Assembly: GCA_949373255.1 (NCBI GenBank)
Contig: CASICS010000004.1
Location: forward strand, 41,625 to 105,624
Length of the DNA: 64,000 nucleotides
From: an uncultured SAR86 cluster bacterium
GTDB lineage: Bacteria; Pseudomonadota; Gammaproteobacteria; Magnimaribacterales; AG-339-G14
Direction of reading: 5' to 3'
Part shown: positions 53,826-62,407 of the stretch, piece by piece
How positions within the stretch are numbered: position 1 is the first letter of the stretch
Layout of the letters: every line of letters begins with the position of its first letter
Notes under the pieces: generated by a model
Seen by the model: only the letters and a program-made list of their open reading frames with translations
Told to the model about the DNA's origin: nothing
The model's database searches: none
Position numbers and translations under genes: made by a program

Positions 53826-54296
53826 ATGACTAAAAAACTAATTAAGGTTTTTATAGGATTGGGAACGAATCAAGGAAATAAGATTAAGAATTTAGAATTA
53901 GCTAAATTGCACATCATAAATTTTCCAAGTACTAAAATTATCAAAAAATCTTCAATTTATCGTTCTGTATTCTATGGTCATATTAAGCAGTCTGTTTTTT
54001 TAAACCAAGTAATTGAACTGACTACAACATTGAGTCCAGAACTGTTTCTTAAGAAATGTTTGGAAACAGAAAGAAGGATGGGAAGAAAAAGAACAAAGAA
54101 AGGTGCTTCAAGAAATATAGACGTCGATATAATATTTTATGGAGAAAAGACTATTTCTAAACCTTTAATAAAAATACCTCATCATGACTGGGAAAATAGA
54201 CTATTTTTTGTGAGACCTTTAGTTGAAATAAATCCTAGTTACATTAAAAATAGACCGCTAGAAGTAGAAAAAAATAAAATTCATAAATTAACTTAG
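53826..54296 (+). CDS. folK: 2-amino-4-hydroxy-6-hydroxymethyldihydropteridine diphosphokinase
   Basis: It has [11 protein letters not shown] at the N-terminus, an RNIDVDII block and IPHHDW. Confidence 0.85.
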   Translation: MTKKLIKVFIGLGTNQGNKIKNLELAKLHIINFPSTKIIKKSSIYRSVFYGHIKQSVFLNQVIELTTTLSPELFLKKCLETERRMGRKRTKKGASRNIDVDIIFYGEKTISKPLIKIPHHDWENRLFFVRPLVEINPSYIKNRPLEVEKNKIHKLT

Positions 54297-54298
54297 AT

Positions 54299-56236
54299 AT
54301 GTCAGAAAAAATTTTCGCAGTACCAGAGGCAATGAAAAAAGAAGCTATTATTTCTGAAGAAGAATTTATGACGATGTATGAATCATCAATTAATTCTCCG
54401 GAAGAGTTTTGGCCTGCTCAAGCGACAAAATATTTAGATTGGTTTTCAAGTTGGAATAATACTTATTTTGCTGATTTACCGAAAGGTGAAATTAAATGGT
54501 TCGAAGGAGCCAAATTGAATGCTGCGTACAATTGCATAGACAGACATCTGGGTTTAAAAGCTAAAGAAACTGCAATAATTTGGGAAGGTGACAACCCAGA
54601 AGAAGACCGAAAAATTACCTACCAAAGCCTTCATGATGAGGTCTGTAAATTCTCTAATCTATTAAAATCTAGAAACGTTAAGAAAGGGGACAGAGTATGT
54701 ATTTACATGCCAATGATTCCTGAAGCTGCTTTTGCCATGTTAGCTTGCGCAAGAATTGGCGCAATTCATTCTGTTGTTTTTGGTGGATTTTCAATTGAAT
54801 CTCTTAAAGATAGAATCTTAGATTCTGATTGCCAAACCGTAATTACAGCCAATGAGGGTATAAGGGGAGGCAAATCTATCCCTTTAAAAGCCAATGTAGA
54901 TGAAGCAATAAAAAAATGCCCTGGTGTCCATTCAGTCATAGTGATCAAAAGAACTGAAAATAAAGCTAATTTCAACTCCGATGTGGATGTTGATTATTTA
55001 TCAGAAAAAGAGAATTTTTTACCTGAATGCGAATGCGAAGAAATGGATTCTGAAGATCCTCTATTCATTCTTTATACATCTGGATCAACTGGAAAACCAA
55101 AAGGTGTTCTTCATACAACAGGTGGATATATGCTTGGAGCTGCAATATCGCATAAATTAGTATTTAATTATAAAGACGGAGATATCTACTGGTGTACAGC
55201 CGATGTAGGCTGGGTTACCGGTCATTCTTATATTGTTTACGGCCCTTTAGCTAATGGGGCCACAACATTAATGTTCGAAGGAATACCTACATACCCTGAT
55301 GTTTCTAGATTCTGGAATGTTATTGACAAGCACAAAGTAAATATTTTTTATACGGCGCCAACTGCAATTAGGGCGTTAATGGCTCATGGAACAAATCCAT
55401 TAAAAAATTCCTCTAGAAGTTCTTTAAAAGTAATTGGGACTGTCGGTGAGCCAATAAATCCAGAAGCTTGGGAATGGTATTTTAAAGAAGTTGGAAATGA
55501 AAACTGTCCAGTTGTAGATACTTGGTGGCAAACTGAAACGGGTAGTATTTTAATTTCTGGTTTAGCTGGATTCACAAAACAAAAACCTGGTAGTGCCTCG
55601 AGACCTTTTTTAGGGGTAGCACCAGTTCTGCTAGATGAAGAAGGAAAAGAAATTATAGGATCAGGATCTGGAAATTTAGCAATTAAAAATACTTGGCCAT
55701 CCCAAATAAGAACTGTTTACGGAGATCACGAAAGATGCATAAATACTTATTATTCAACTTATCCTGGTTATTACTTTACTGGTGACGGGGCTAGAAGAGA
55801 TGAAGATGGTTATTATTGGATCACTGGAAGAGTGGATGATGTTTTGAACGTATCAGGCCACAGACTAGGAACTGCAGAAATAGAAAGCGCATTAGTCCTC
55901 CATAACGAAGTCGCAGAAGCAGCGGTTGTTGGTTATGAACATGCAATTAAGGGTCAAGGGATATATTGTTACGTTAGTTTAATGAAGGAATCATCTCCCT
56001 CGGATCTTTTACAAAAAGAATTAATAAGCTTGATAGTTAAAGAGATAGGTCCAATCGCTAAACCAGATTTGATTCAATTTACTTTTGATTTGCCAAAGAC
56101 CAGATCTGGAAAAATTATGCGAAGAATTTTAAGGAAAATAGCTAGTAATGAAATTAATGAACTAGGAGATATTTCAACTTTAGCAGATCCTTCAATTGTA
56201 GAAATTTTAATCAATGAAAGAGTGAACACCAAATGA
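54299..56236 (+). CDS. acs: acetyl-CoA synthetase
   Basis: It is 645 aa with [19 protein letters not shown] and a C-terminal SGKIMRR with the acetylatable Lys. Confidence 0.95.
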   Translation: MSEKIFAVPEAMKKEAIISEEEFMTMYESSINSPEEFWPAQATKYLDWFSSWNNTYFADLPKGEIKWFEGAKLNAAYNCIDRHLGLKAKETAIIWEGDNPEEDRKITYQSLHDEVCKFSNLLKSRNVKKGDRVCIYMPMIPEAAFAMLACARIGAIHSVVFGGFSIESLKDRILDSDCQTVITANEGIRGGKSIPLKANVDEAIKKCPGVHSVIVIKRTENKANFNSDVDVDYLSEKENFLPECECEEMDSEDPLFILYTSGSTGKPKGVLHTTGGYMLGAAISHKLVFNYKDGDIYWCTADVGWVTGHSYIVYGPLANGATTLMFEGIPTYPDVSRFWNVIDKHKVNIFYTAPTAIRALMAHGTNPLKNSSRSSLKVIGTVGEPINPEAWEWYFKEVGNENCPVVDTWWQTETGSILISGLAGFTKQKPGSASRPFLGVAPVLLDEEGKEIIGSGSGNLAIKNTWPSQIRTVYGDHERCINTYYSTYPGYYFTGDGARRDEDGYYWITGRVDDVLNVSGHRLGTAEIESALVLHNEVAEAAVVGYEHAIKGQGIYCYVSLMKESSPSDLLQKELISLIVKEIGPIAKPDLIQFTFDLPKTRSGKIMRRILRKIASNEINELGDISTLADPSIVEILINERVNTK

Positions 56237-56874
56237 GTATATTTTCCTTTAGAAACAAATCAGAACTTATAGAAAAAGTAGATGCTCTGCCTGGAAGGGA
56301 AGAACCTATTTTTATTCCAGATTTACACTATGTAAATGGTAATTCTTTGGAAGAGATTAAAAATAAAAATCTAGAAACTATAATTTTTGGAATGGGTTGT
56401 TTTTGGGGGGCGGAAAAATTTTTTTGGGAACTCAAGGGGGTTGCTTATACTTCTGTTGGTTATATTTCTGGTCATACAGCAAATGCAACGTACGAAGAGG
56501 TTTGTTCAGGTATGACTGGGCACAATGAGGTTGTGCAAGTAATCTACTCATCCGCGGAAATCTCTATTGAAATTTTATTGAAAACCTTTTGGGAAAACCA
56601 TGATCCTACGCAAGGCATGCGACAAGGCAATGACATTGGAACTCAATATAGATCTGGAATTTATTTCTCAAGCGAATCTGATTTGTTAGCAATTGAAGAG
56701 TCTAAAAATAAATATCAAAAAAGATTGACTGAGAATAATTACGGTTTAATTTCTACAGAAGTTGTTAATACTAATACTTATTATTATGCAGAGGAGTATC
56801 ACCAGCAATATTTAGCCAAGAACCCTAATGGTTATTGTGGTCACGGTGGATGTGGTATTTTATTGGACGACTAA
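56233..56874 (+). CDS. msrA: peptide-methionine (S)-S-oxide reductase
   Basis: It has the GMGCFWG active site and overlaps the acs stop (ATGA). Confidence 0.9.
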   Translation: MSIFSFRNKSELIEKVDALPGREEPIFIPDLHYVNGNSLEEIKNKNLETIIFGMGCFWGAEKFFWELKGVAYTSVGYISGHTANATYEEVCSGMTGHNEVVQVIYSSAEISIEILLKTFWENHDPTQGMRQGNDIGTQYRSGIYFSSESDLLAIEESKNKYQKRLTENNYGLISTEVVNTNTYYYAEEYHQQYLAKNPNGYCGHGGCGILLDD

Positions 56875-57692
56875 CTTTTCCAAAAATAATTTTGTTCTTT
56901 CAGAGCCACTCGTCCTTCCTCAATTAATTTATTTAAATGAGCTTCTAAAGAATATCTAGCAATAACTAGTAAATGTTCATCAATATCATCGTAAACAGCT
57001 TTAATTAACTCATCAAGGGTAGCTTTTGAGGCTTCAGTGATAGCATCTATAACTTTCTTTTCTCTGTACATTCTGTGACTAACAATCCAATCTACTACAC
57101 TATATGGATTCTCCATCAAGTTGCCGTGCCCAGGAGCTAATAATTTTAAATTTATGTTTTTTAGATTCTCTAAAGAGTCTATATATTGCTTCATATTTCC
57201 GTCTGGAGGAGCTATGACAACTGTCGAGCCTTCCATTATGTGATCTCCAGTGAATATCAAATTTTCCTCTTCTAGTAAAAAACATAGATGATTGGAGGCA
57301 TGTCCAGGAGTATGGATTACTTTTAATGAATACTCAGCCTCATTTATTTCATCGCCATGTTTTAAAATTTGGTTAGCTTTAAAGGTGGGATCCTGCATTT
57401 CTTTGTGAAGAGCATACATTCCCATAACCGGTGCAGCAGTTCTTTGATGAAGAAGCTTAGCCCCAGGAGAGTGGTCATTATGAGTATGGGTAACCAAAAT
57501 TTGTTTTATATCTTCCCCGCATATATCAACTATATTTTCTATATGTTCTTTAGAGGCTGGGCCAGGATCAATTACAGATATTTCTTGGTGTCCTACGAGA
57601 TAAGTATTTGTTCCTGCGCCTGTAAATACCCCACCATTGTCAGCGGTTATTCTTCTTACTAATGGCGATAACTCAGTGATCTTCATAGCCAA
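56871..57692 (-). CDS. MBL-fold metallo-hydrolase
   Basis: It has THTHNDHSPG (HxHxDH), a later TPGHA, and a C-terminal winged-helix-like tail. Confidence 0.8.
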   Translation of the reverse strand: MAMKITELSPLVRRITADNGGVFTGAGTNTYLVGHQEISVIDPGPASKEHIENIVDICGEDIKQILVTHTHNDHSPGAKLLHQRTAAPVMGMYALHKEMQDPTFKANQILKHGDEINEAEYSLKVIHTPGHASNHLCFLLEEENLIFTGDHIMEGSTVVIAPPDGNMKQYIDSLENLKNINLKLLAPGHGNLMENPYSVVDWIVSHRMYREKKVIDAITEASKATLDELIKAVYDDIDEHLLVIARYSLEAHLNKLIEEGRVALKEQNYFWKS

Positions 57693-58542
57693 TATCCCCT
57701 GGCAGAAGGCCTACCATCTTTCCGTTTTCCATAAAAAATTTAGGCTCAATACAAGACACTTCATTTTGATAATTTACTTTGTGCCTTAAAAGACTATCTG
57801 TGTCTGTGAATCCAACAATAGATTCTAAATTTTTAATTGTAGGCAGAATGATTGGAAAATTACCTTCCTTGCCTCTTTTAAGAGCATCTTCTGGAGTGAT
57901 CCAAGTGCTCTCGACACCTTCGCTTCCATCATGAATTGCATCTTGATCCTCTGGAGCTAAAGCTATAAAAAATCTAGTGCTATATCTTCTCATTTCCATT
58001 TTTGGAGTAACCCAGTGAGATACGTAAGCTAATCTATCAACAGCTAACTTTATATTTAATTTTTTACAAAGCTCTAATAATACAGGCTCTCCTTTATTCA
58101 ATTTATCTTGATAAGTATTCAGAATACTCATTTCAACATCATCGGAAGCCCCGAAGAAATCTCCATTTTCACGATAAGCTAAAAGCACTCCGCATTCTTC
58201 AAAACATTCTCTGATACAGGCTACCCAATAATTTAAGCCACCTTCTTTTAATCCTAATATTTGAGAAGCCATTTCATCTGTTAAGCCCGAACAAAAGCTA
58301 TTTATTTCAACTTCGGAATCGACAAGATCTAGTTTTCCGCCCGGGAAAACCCAAGCGCCGCCAAAATTTGTTTTGGCATTCCGCTTGATCATGAATACTT
58401 CTATTGCTTCAGAAGGAGACCTAACCAGCAGAACAGTCGCTGCTGGCCTAGGTTCTGCAGCTGGTAAATTAGGATCTGCTTTTTGAATATTTATAGATTC
58501 ATCTTTAGATAAGATTTCCGGGAAGTCTTTATCTTTAGCCAT
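57673..58542 (-). CDS. NUDIX-family hydrolase (atypical Nudix box)
   Basis: It has a REcfEEcGV helix (IRECFEECGVLL), but the upstream G-x5-E part is displaced by an insertion. Confidence 0.6.
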   Translation of the reverse strand: MAKDKDFPEILSKDESINIQKADPNLPAAEPRPAATVLLVRSPSEAIEVFMIKRNAKTNFGGAWVFPGGKLDLVDSEVEINSFCSGLTDEMASQILGLKEGGLNYWVACIRECFEECGVLLAYRENGDFFGASDDVEMSILNTYQDKLNKGEPVLLELCKKLNIKLAVDRLAYVSHWVTPKMEMRRYSTRFFIALAPEDQDAIHDGSEGVESTWITPEDALKRGKEGNFPIILPTIKNLESIVGFTDTDSLLRHKVNYQNEVSCIEPKFFMENGKMVGLLPGDIGYEDH

Positions 58543-58546
58543 CAGA

Positions 58547-59524
58547 TTAAGCTATAAATTTTGCTAAACGACTATTTATAATCTCTTCTGCTTCAGCAAC
58601 CATTCCATCTACAAGATCCTGACACGAAGGAATATCATGAATCAATCCTGCAACCATTCCACAACTCCAAGCACCATCGTCCATTTTTCCCTCTGTCATT
58701 ATTTTGGGATAAACGCCCGCTACTTCATCGAGGATATCTTCAATTTTAATATTATCGCCAAGCTCTTTTTCTTTTTCTTGAATACTTGTTACAGCAGAGT
58801 TCTTTAGGACTCTTTCTGTATTTCTAAGGGATCTCATTATAAGAGTCGTGTCTAATTCAGAAGCAGCAACAAGAGCATCCTTAACGTTTTGATGAACTGG
58901 CGCTTCTTTAGTTGCTATAAATCTAGTACCTAAATTAACTCCTTCTGCACCTAATGCTAAAGCAGCAGCAAGTTGTTTACCGTTACCTATTCCACCTGAA
59001 GCAACGAAAGGGATGTCTAGTTCTTCAGCAGCCCTAGGTAATAAAATCATATTTGGAATATCATCTTCTCCAGGATGTCCGCCACATTCGAAACCATCAA
59101 CACTAGCCGCGTCGCAACCAATATCTTGAGCTTTTAAGGCATGTCTAACTGAAGTACATTTATGTATTACTTTGATATCCGCTGCTTTTAAAGACTCTAT
59201 GTAAGCTTGAGGATTTCTTCCTGCAGTTTCTACTACTTTAACTCCACCTTCAATTATTGCTTGAATATACCCAGGATAATCAGGCTGATTGAACATTGGT
59301 AGAAAAGTTAAATTAACGCCAAAAGGTTTGTCTGTCATTTTATGACATCTAGCTATTTCTTTTGCTAAGTCTTCTGGAGTTTTTTGAGTAAGCCCGGTAA
59401 TGATTCCTAGGCCGCCTGCATTTGAAACAGCTGCTGCCATTTCTGCGAATCCTACATAATGCATCCCACCTTGAATTATAGGATGTTGAATTCCAAACAT
59501 TTCTGTTATTTTAGTTTTAAGCAT
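58547..59524 (-). CDS. nitronate monooxygenase / FabK-like FMN oxidoreductase (NMO family)
   Basis: It has a TIM-barrel FMN protein layout (IIQGGMHYVG, VIHKCTSVRHA, ASGGIGNG). Confidence 0.8.
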   Translation of the reverse strand: MLKTKITEMFGIQHPIIQGGMHYVGFAEMAAAVSNAGGLGIITGLTQKTPEDLAKEIARCHKMTDKPFGVNLTFLPMFNQPDYPGYIQAIIEGGVKVVETAGRNPQAYIESLKAADIKVIHKCTSVRHALKAQDIGCDAASVDGFECGGHPGEDDIPNMILLPRAAEELDIPFVASGGIGNGKQLAAALALGAEGVNLGTRFIATKEAPVHQNVKDALVAASELDTTLIMRSLRNTERVLKNSAVTSIQEKEKELGDNIKIEDILDEVAGVYPKIMTEGKMDDGAWSCGMVAGLIHDIPSCQDLVDGMVAEAEEIINSRLAKFIA

Positions 59525-59624
59525 TATTTCTCCCTTTACTTTAAATAATTAATTTATAACTATATCTTTAATGACGTATGTTGCAATAAATGATACAAAC
59601 GTCTTACTAAAATAGAGCGAAAAA

Positions 59625-60461
59625 TTGAAAGTACAAGAAATTAAAACTAATAAGTTGCTAGCCAAGTTAAAGCGTTCTCCTGCAGATCATAAAGGCAAAT
59701 TTGGACACGTAATGATTGTAGGTGGAAATATTGGCTTTGGCGGAGCAGGTCTTTTAGCGTCTAAAGCTGCAGTTTGCAGTGGTGCAGGATTAGTTTCTTT
59801 AGCTACAAGATCAGAACACGTCAGCGCTTCATTAAATTTTTGCCCAGAAGTTATGGCCAAACCAGTTAATAACGGTCAAGCATTAGAAGAATATTTAGAT
59901 AAGCCTTCTGTCATATGCATTGGCCCTGGATTAGATAAAAATTACTGGGCCGAACAAGTTTTATATAAGACTTTAGAAATTTCAAACAAAAGAAATATAC
60001 CTATTTTAATTGATGCAGATGGATTAAATTTATTGCCAGAATTTATAAAAAAAATTCCACTTCCAAAAAAAGTAATAATAACTCCTCACGAGGGCGAAGC
60101 AGCAAAGTTACTTAATACCTCTGTAGAGAAAATAAAATCAAACCGAATTTTAGCTGCAAAAAAATTATCGAAGAAATACTCTGCAGTTGTTGTATTAAAA
60201 GGTCACGAAACAATTGTCTGTTCAAAGGATAATATTTTTCTTTGCAACAAAGGCAATCCGGGTATGGCTTCTGGGGGCATGGGGGATGTATTAAGCGGCA
60301 TTATATCTAGTTTAGTTGCTCAAAAACTGAGTCTTTTAGAATCAGCTTGTCTAGGCGTAAATCTTCATGCAGAAGCTGGAGATGAATATGCAGAAGCTAT
60401 AGGTCAACGAGGGTTAATCCCATCCGATGTTATCGAAATTGTGAAAGAACTTATTCTTTAA
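59625..60461 (+). CDS. nnrD: ADP-dependent NAD(P)H-hydrate dehydratase (YjeF C-terminal domain only)
   Basis: It has HKGKFGHVMIVGG, PGLD and GMASGGMGDVLSG motifs. It uses a TTG start, and no YjeF_N epimerase domain lies upstream. Confidence 0.8.
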   Translation: MKVQEIKTNKLLAKLKRSPADHKGKFGHVMIVGGNIGFGGAGLLASKAAVCSGAGLVSLATRSEHVSASLNFCPEVMAKPVNNGQALEEYLDKPSVICIGPGLDKNYWAEQVLYKTLEISNKRNIPILIDADGLNLLPEFIKKIPLPKKVIITPHEGEAAKLLNTSVEKIKSNRILAAKKLSKKYSAVVVLKGHETIVCSKDNIFLCNKGNPGMASGGMGDVLSGIISSLVAQKLSLLESACLGVNLHAEAGDEYAEAIGQRGLIPSDVIEIVKELIL

Positions 60462-60464
60462 GCA

Positions 60465-60908
60465 ATGACTGATGAACTGATATTAGATTCTTTGGTTGAA
60501 ACAAAAAAGTTAGGCCAAAAAATTGGCAGTCAATTATCTAAAGTAAAAAAATCTCAGGCATATATAATTTTTTTAAATGGAGACCTTGGATCGGGAAAAA
60601 CTACTTTAGTTAAAGAGATTATTTCGGCTTTAGGTGTTGAGGAATCTGTTACCAGCCCTACTTTTACAATTATTGAGCCCTACTTGTCTGAGCACCGAAA
60701 TATTTATCACATGGATCTTTATAGAATTGAAAGCGCATCTGAACTGGCTGCTATAGGTATAAACGAGTATTGCAAAGAAGAGAATTCTATAATTTTTGTA
60801 GAATGGCCCGAGAAAGCTTTTGGCTACCTCAATGATTTTGATATGAAGATATCTTTAGAGCATTTATCCGAAACGAAGAGGAAATGCAAAATTACATTAA
60901 AGACCTAG
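60465..60908 (+). CDS. tsaE: tRNA t6A37 biosynthesis ATPase TsaE
   Basis: It has the P-loop GDLGSGKTT and SPTFTI and HMDLYR motifs. yjeF-yjeE adjacency is present. Confidence 0.85.
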   Translation: MTDELILDSLVETKKLGQKIGSQLSKVKKSQAYIIFLNGDLGSGKTTLVKEIISALGVEESVTSPTFTIIEPYLSEHRNIYHMDLYRIESASELAAIGINEYCKEENSIIFVEWPEKAFGYLNDFDMKISLEHLSETKRKCKITLKT

Positions 60909-61265
60909 AGCTTTTTTAATATCTGGATGAAAATATGATTCTGGCTTCATGATTTTACCAGCTTCGTTCTTAATAGCTTTGCCATCTATGAATTTACTCA
61001 TATTGGAAGCTTTAACTTCGTTCCAAACTTTTTCAAAATCTATTCCACAACTTGAACACATTCCCATAATTACCCAAACCATATCAGCCAACCCATCTGC
61101 AACTTCAATCATATTTTGTTCTTGAAATGCCTCTAAAGTTTCTTTGTACTCTTCGGTTATTAAATTCATATATAGCTCCGGTTGAGCTCCATTTAAAGTT
61201 AAGTTTTCTTGAATTGGTTGATCGCCTGCCTTCATAAAATTTTCTACGTCTTCTTGATAAGTCAT
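60897..61265 (-). CDS. MazG-like nucleoside triphosphate pyrophosphohydrolase (small all-alpha NTP-PPase)
   Basis: The E-x2-E...E-x2-D pattern (TEEYKETLEAF ... EVADGLADM) is typical of MazG/HisE-type four-helix proteins. Confidence 0.55.
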   Translation of the reverse strand: MTYQEDVENFMKAGDQPIQENLTLNGAQPELYMNLITEEYKETLEAFQEQNMIEVADGLADMVWVIMGMCSSCGIDFEKVWNEVKASNMSKFIDGKAIKNEAGKIMKPESYFHPDIKKALGL

Positions 61266-61340
61266 GTTTCCTCTTTTTAATTGGTGATATCTAATCTATT
61301 TTAAATGACTTATGAATTTAATCAGGTAAATTAACTATAA

Positions 61341-61775
61341 ATGGAAATAATTTTAAAAGATGGTTCTTATTATGAAATTCAACAAGACGATTTGTTGTCC
61401 TGGCAAAGAACTTATACTGATTGCAATGTATTTCATGAAATAAATGCCGCAAGAGAATGGAGTGAAGCCAATCCTTCTAGGCGAAAAACAAAAAGAGGCA
61501 TTAGAAGATTTCTAAATGCATGGCTCTCTAAAGCTCATAAACTTAAAGGAAGTCCTTTTATTTATACTCAGGAAGGCAAGACAAATAAAATTGAGGAATC
61601 TATGCATGATATTTCATGGGTTGAAGAAGAAAATAGACTGGAAACCTCTAAGTGGTATATCAAAAACAAAGGTTTTTATTTTCTAGATGGCAAGAAATAC
61701 ACTTCTCCTTATGGAGTAAAAAAAGTCGTTAATCTTTCTGAAAAAATAAAAACTTTAAAAGAAAATAAGAAGTGA
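61341..61775 (+). CDS. hypothetical protein
   Basis: It is a 144-aa ORF with good coding appearance. From memory, its N-terminal W..Y....V..E....R.W...NP.RRKTKRGI..F...WL pattern resembles small prophage-encoded proteins. This is unverified. Confidence 0.5.
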   Translation: MEIILKDGSYYEIQQDDLLSWQRTYTDCNVFHEINAAREWSEANPSRRKTKRGIRRFLNAWLSKAHKLKGSPFIYTQEGKTNKIEESMHDISWVEEENRLETSKWYIKNKGFYFLDGKKYTSPYGVKKVVNLSEKIKTLKENKK

Positions 61776-61844
61776 AATTCTATTTCTTATAAAAAGTTCT
61801 TCTGGTATAGTTCGCGATCTAAATTATTGAAAGCTTAAACAAAG

Positions 61845-62186
61845 ATGAAAGAAGGAATACATCCAGATTATGCAGCATTAAAAGCAACTTGTAGTTGCGG
61901 AAATGTCATAGAAACAAGATCTACTCTCGAGGGTGATCTATCGTTAGATATATGTTCAGCATGCCATCCTTTTTATACTGGTAAACAAAAAATTGTTGAT
62001 ACTGGAGGAAGAGTTGATAGATTCAAAAAACGTTTTGCTAAAACTGCTGGTGCAGCAACGCCAACTGAAAAACAAGAAGCTCCTGCTGAGGAAGTAGTTG
62101 CTGAGGAAGTAGTTGCTGAGGAAGTAGTTGCTGAAGAAGCTCCTGCTGAGGAAGTAGTTGCTGAGGAAGTAGTGCTGAGGAAGTAG
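61845..62186 (+). CDS. rpmE: 50S ribosomal protein L31 (type A, Zn-binding) with an acidic repeat tail. As assembled, the ORF is truncated by a 1-nt deletion, and the repeat continues in the -1 frame to 62332.
   Basis: The core MKEGIHPDY...CSCG...[24 protein letters not shown] is collinear with E. coli L31 (Cys16/18/37/40). The tail is ([10 protein letters not shown])n. Confidence 0.9.
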   Translation: MKEGIHPDYAALKATCSCGNVIETRSTLEGDLSLDICSACHPFYTGKQKIVDTGGRVDRFKKRFAKTAGAATPTEKQEAPAEEVVAEEVVAEEVVAEEAPAEEVVAEEVVLRK

Positions 62187-62290
62187 TTGCTGAAGAAGCT
62201 CCTGCTGAGGAAGTAGTTGCTGAGGAAGTAGTTGCTGAAGAAGCTCCTGCTGAGGAAGTAGTTGCTGAAGAAGCTCCTGCTGAGGAAGCT
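62076..62290 (+). repeat. coding tandem repeat of two 15-bp units (GCTGAGGAAGTAGTT and GCTGAAGAAGCTCCT), about 14 units
   Basis: The repeat is read directly from the sequence. One unit at 62161-62174 lacks a T (GTAGTGCT instead of GTAGTTGCT). Confidence 0.9.
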
Positions 62291-62407
62291 TCTACTGAAG
62301 AAAATTCAGAAGATTCTCCTAAAGAAAAATAACTTACTTTTAATTATCTTTGAAATCTTACTCAGCGCAGAGATTTTATATTCTTACAACTAACCTTAAA
62401 CAAGTAA

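Noticed and set aside
62333-62407. A weak hairpin (AAATCT-N12-AGATTT) after rpmE, considered as a terminator.
   Set aside because: It has only a 6-bp AT-rich stem with a large loop and no clear U-tract, which is not convincing enough to annotate.
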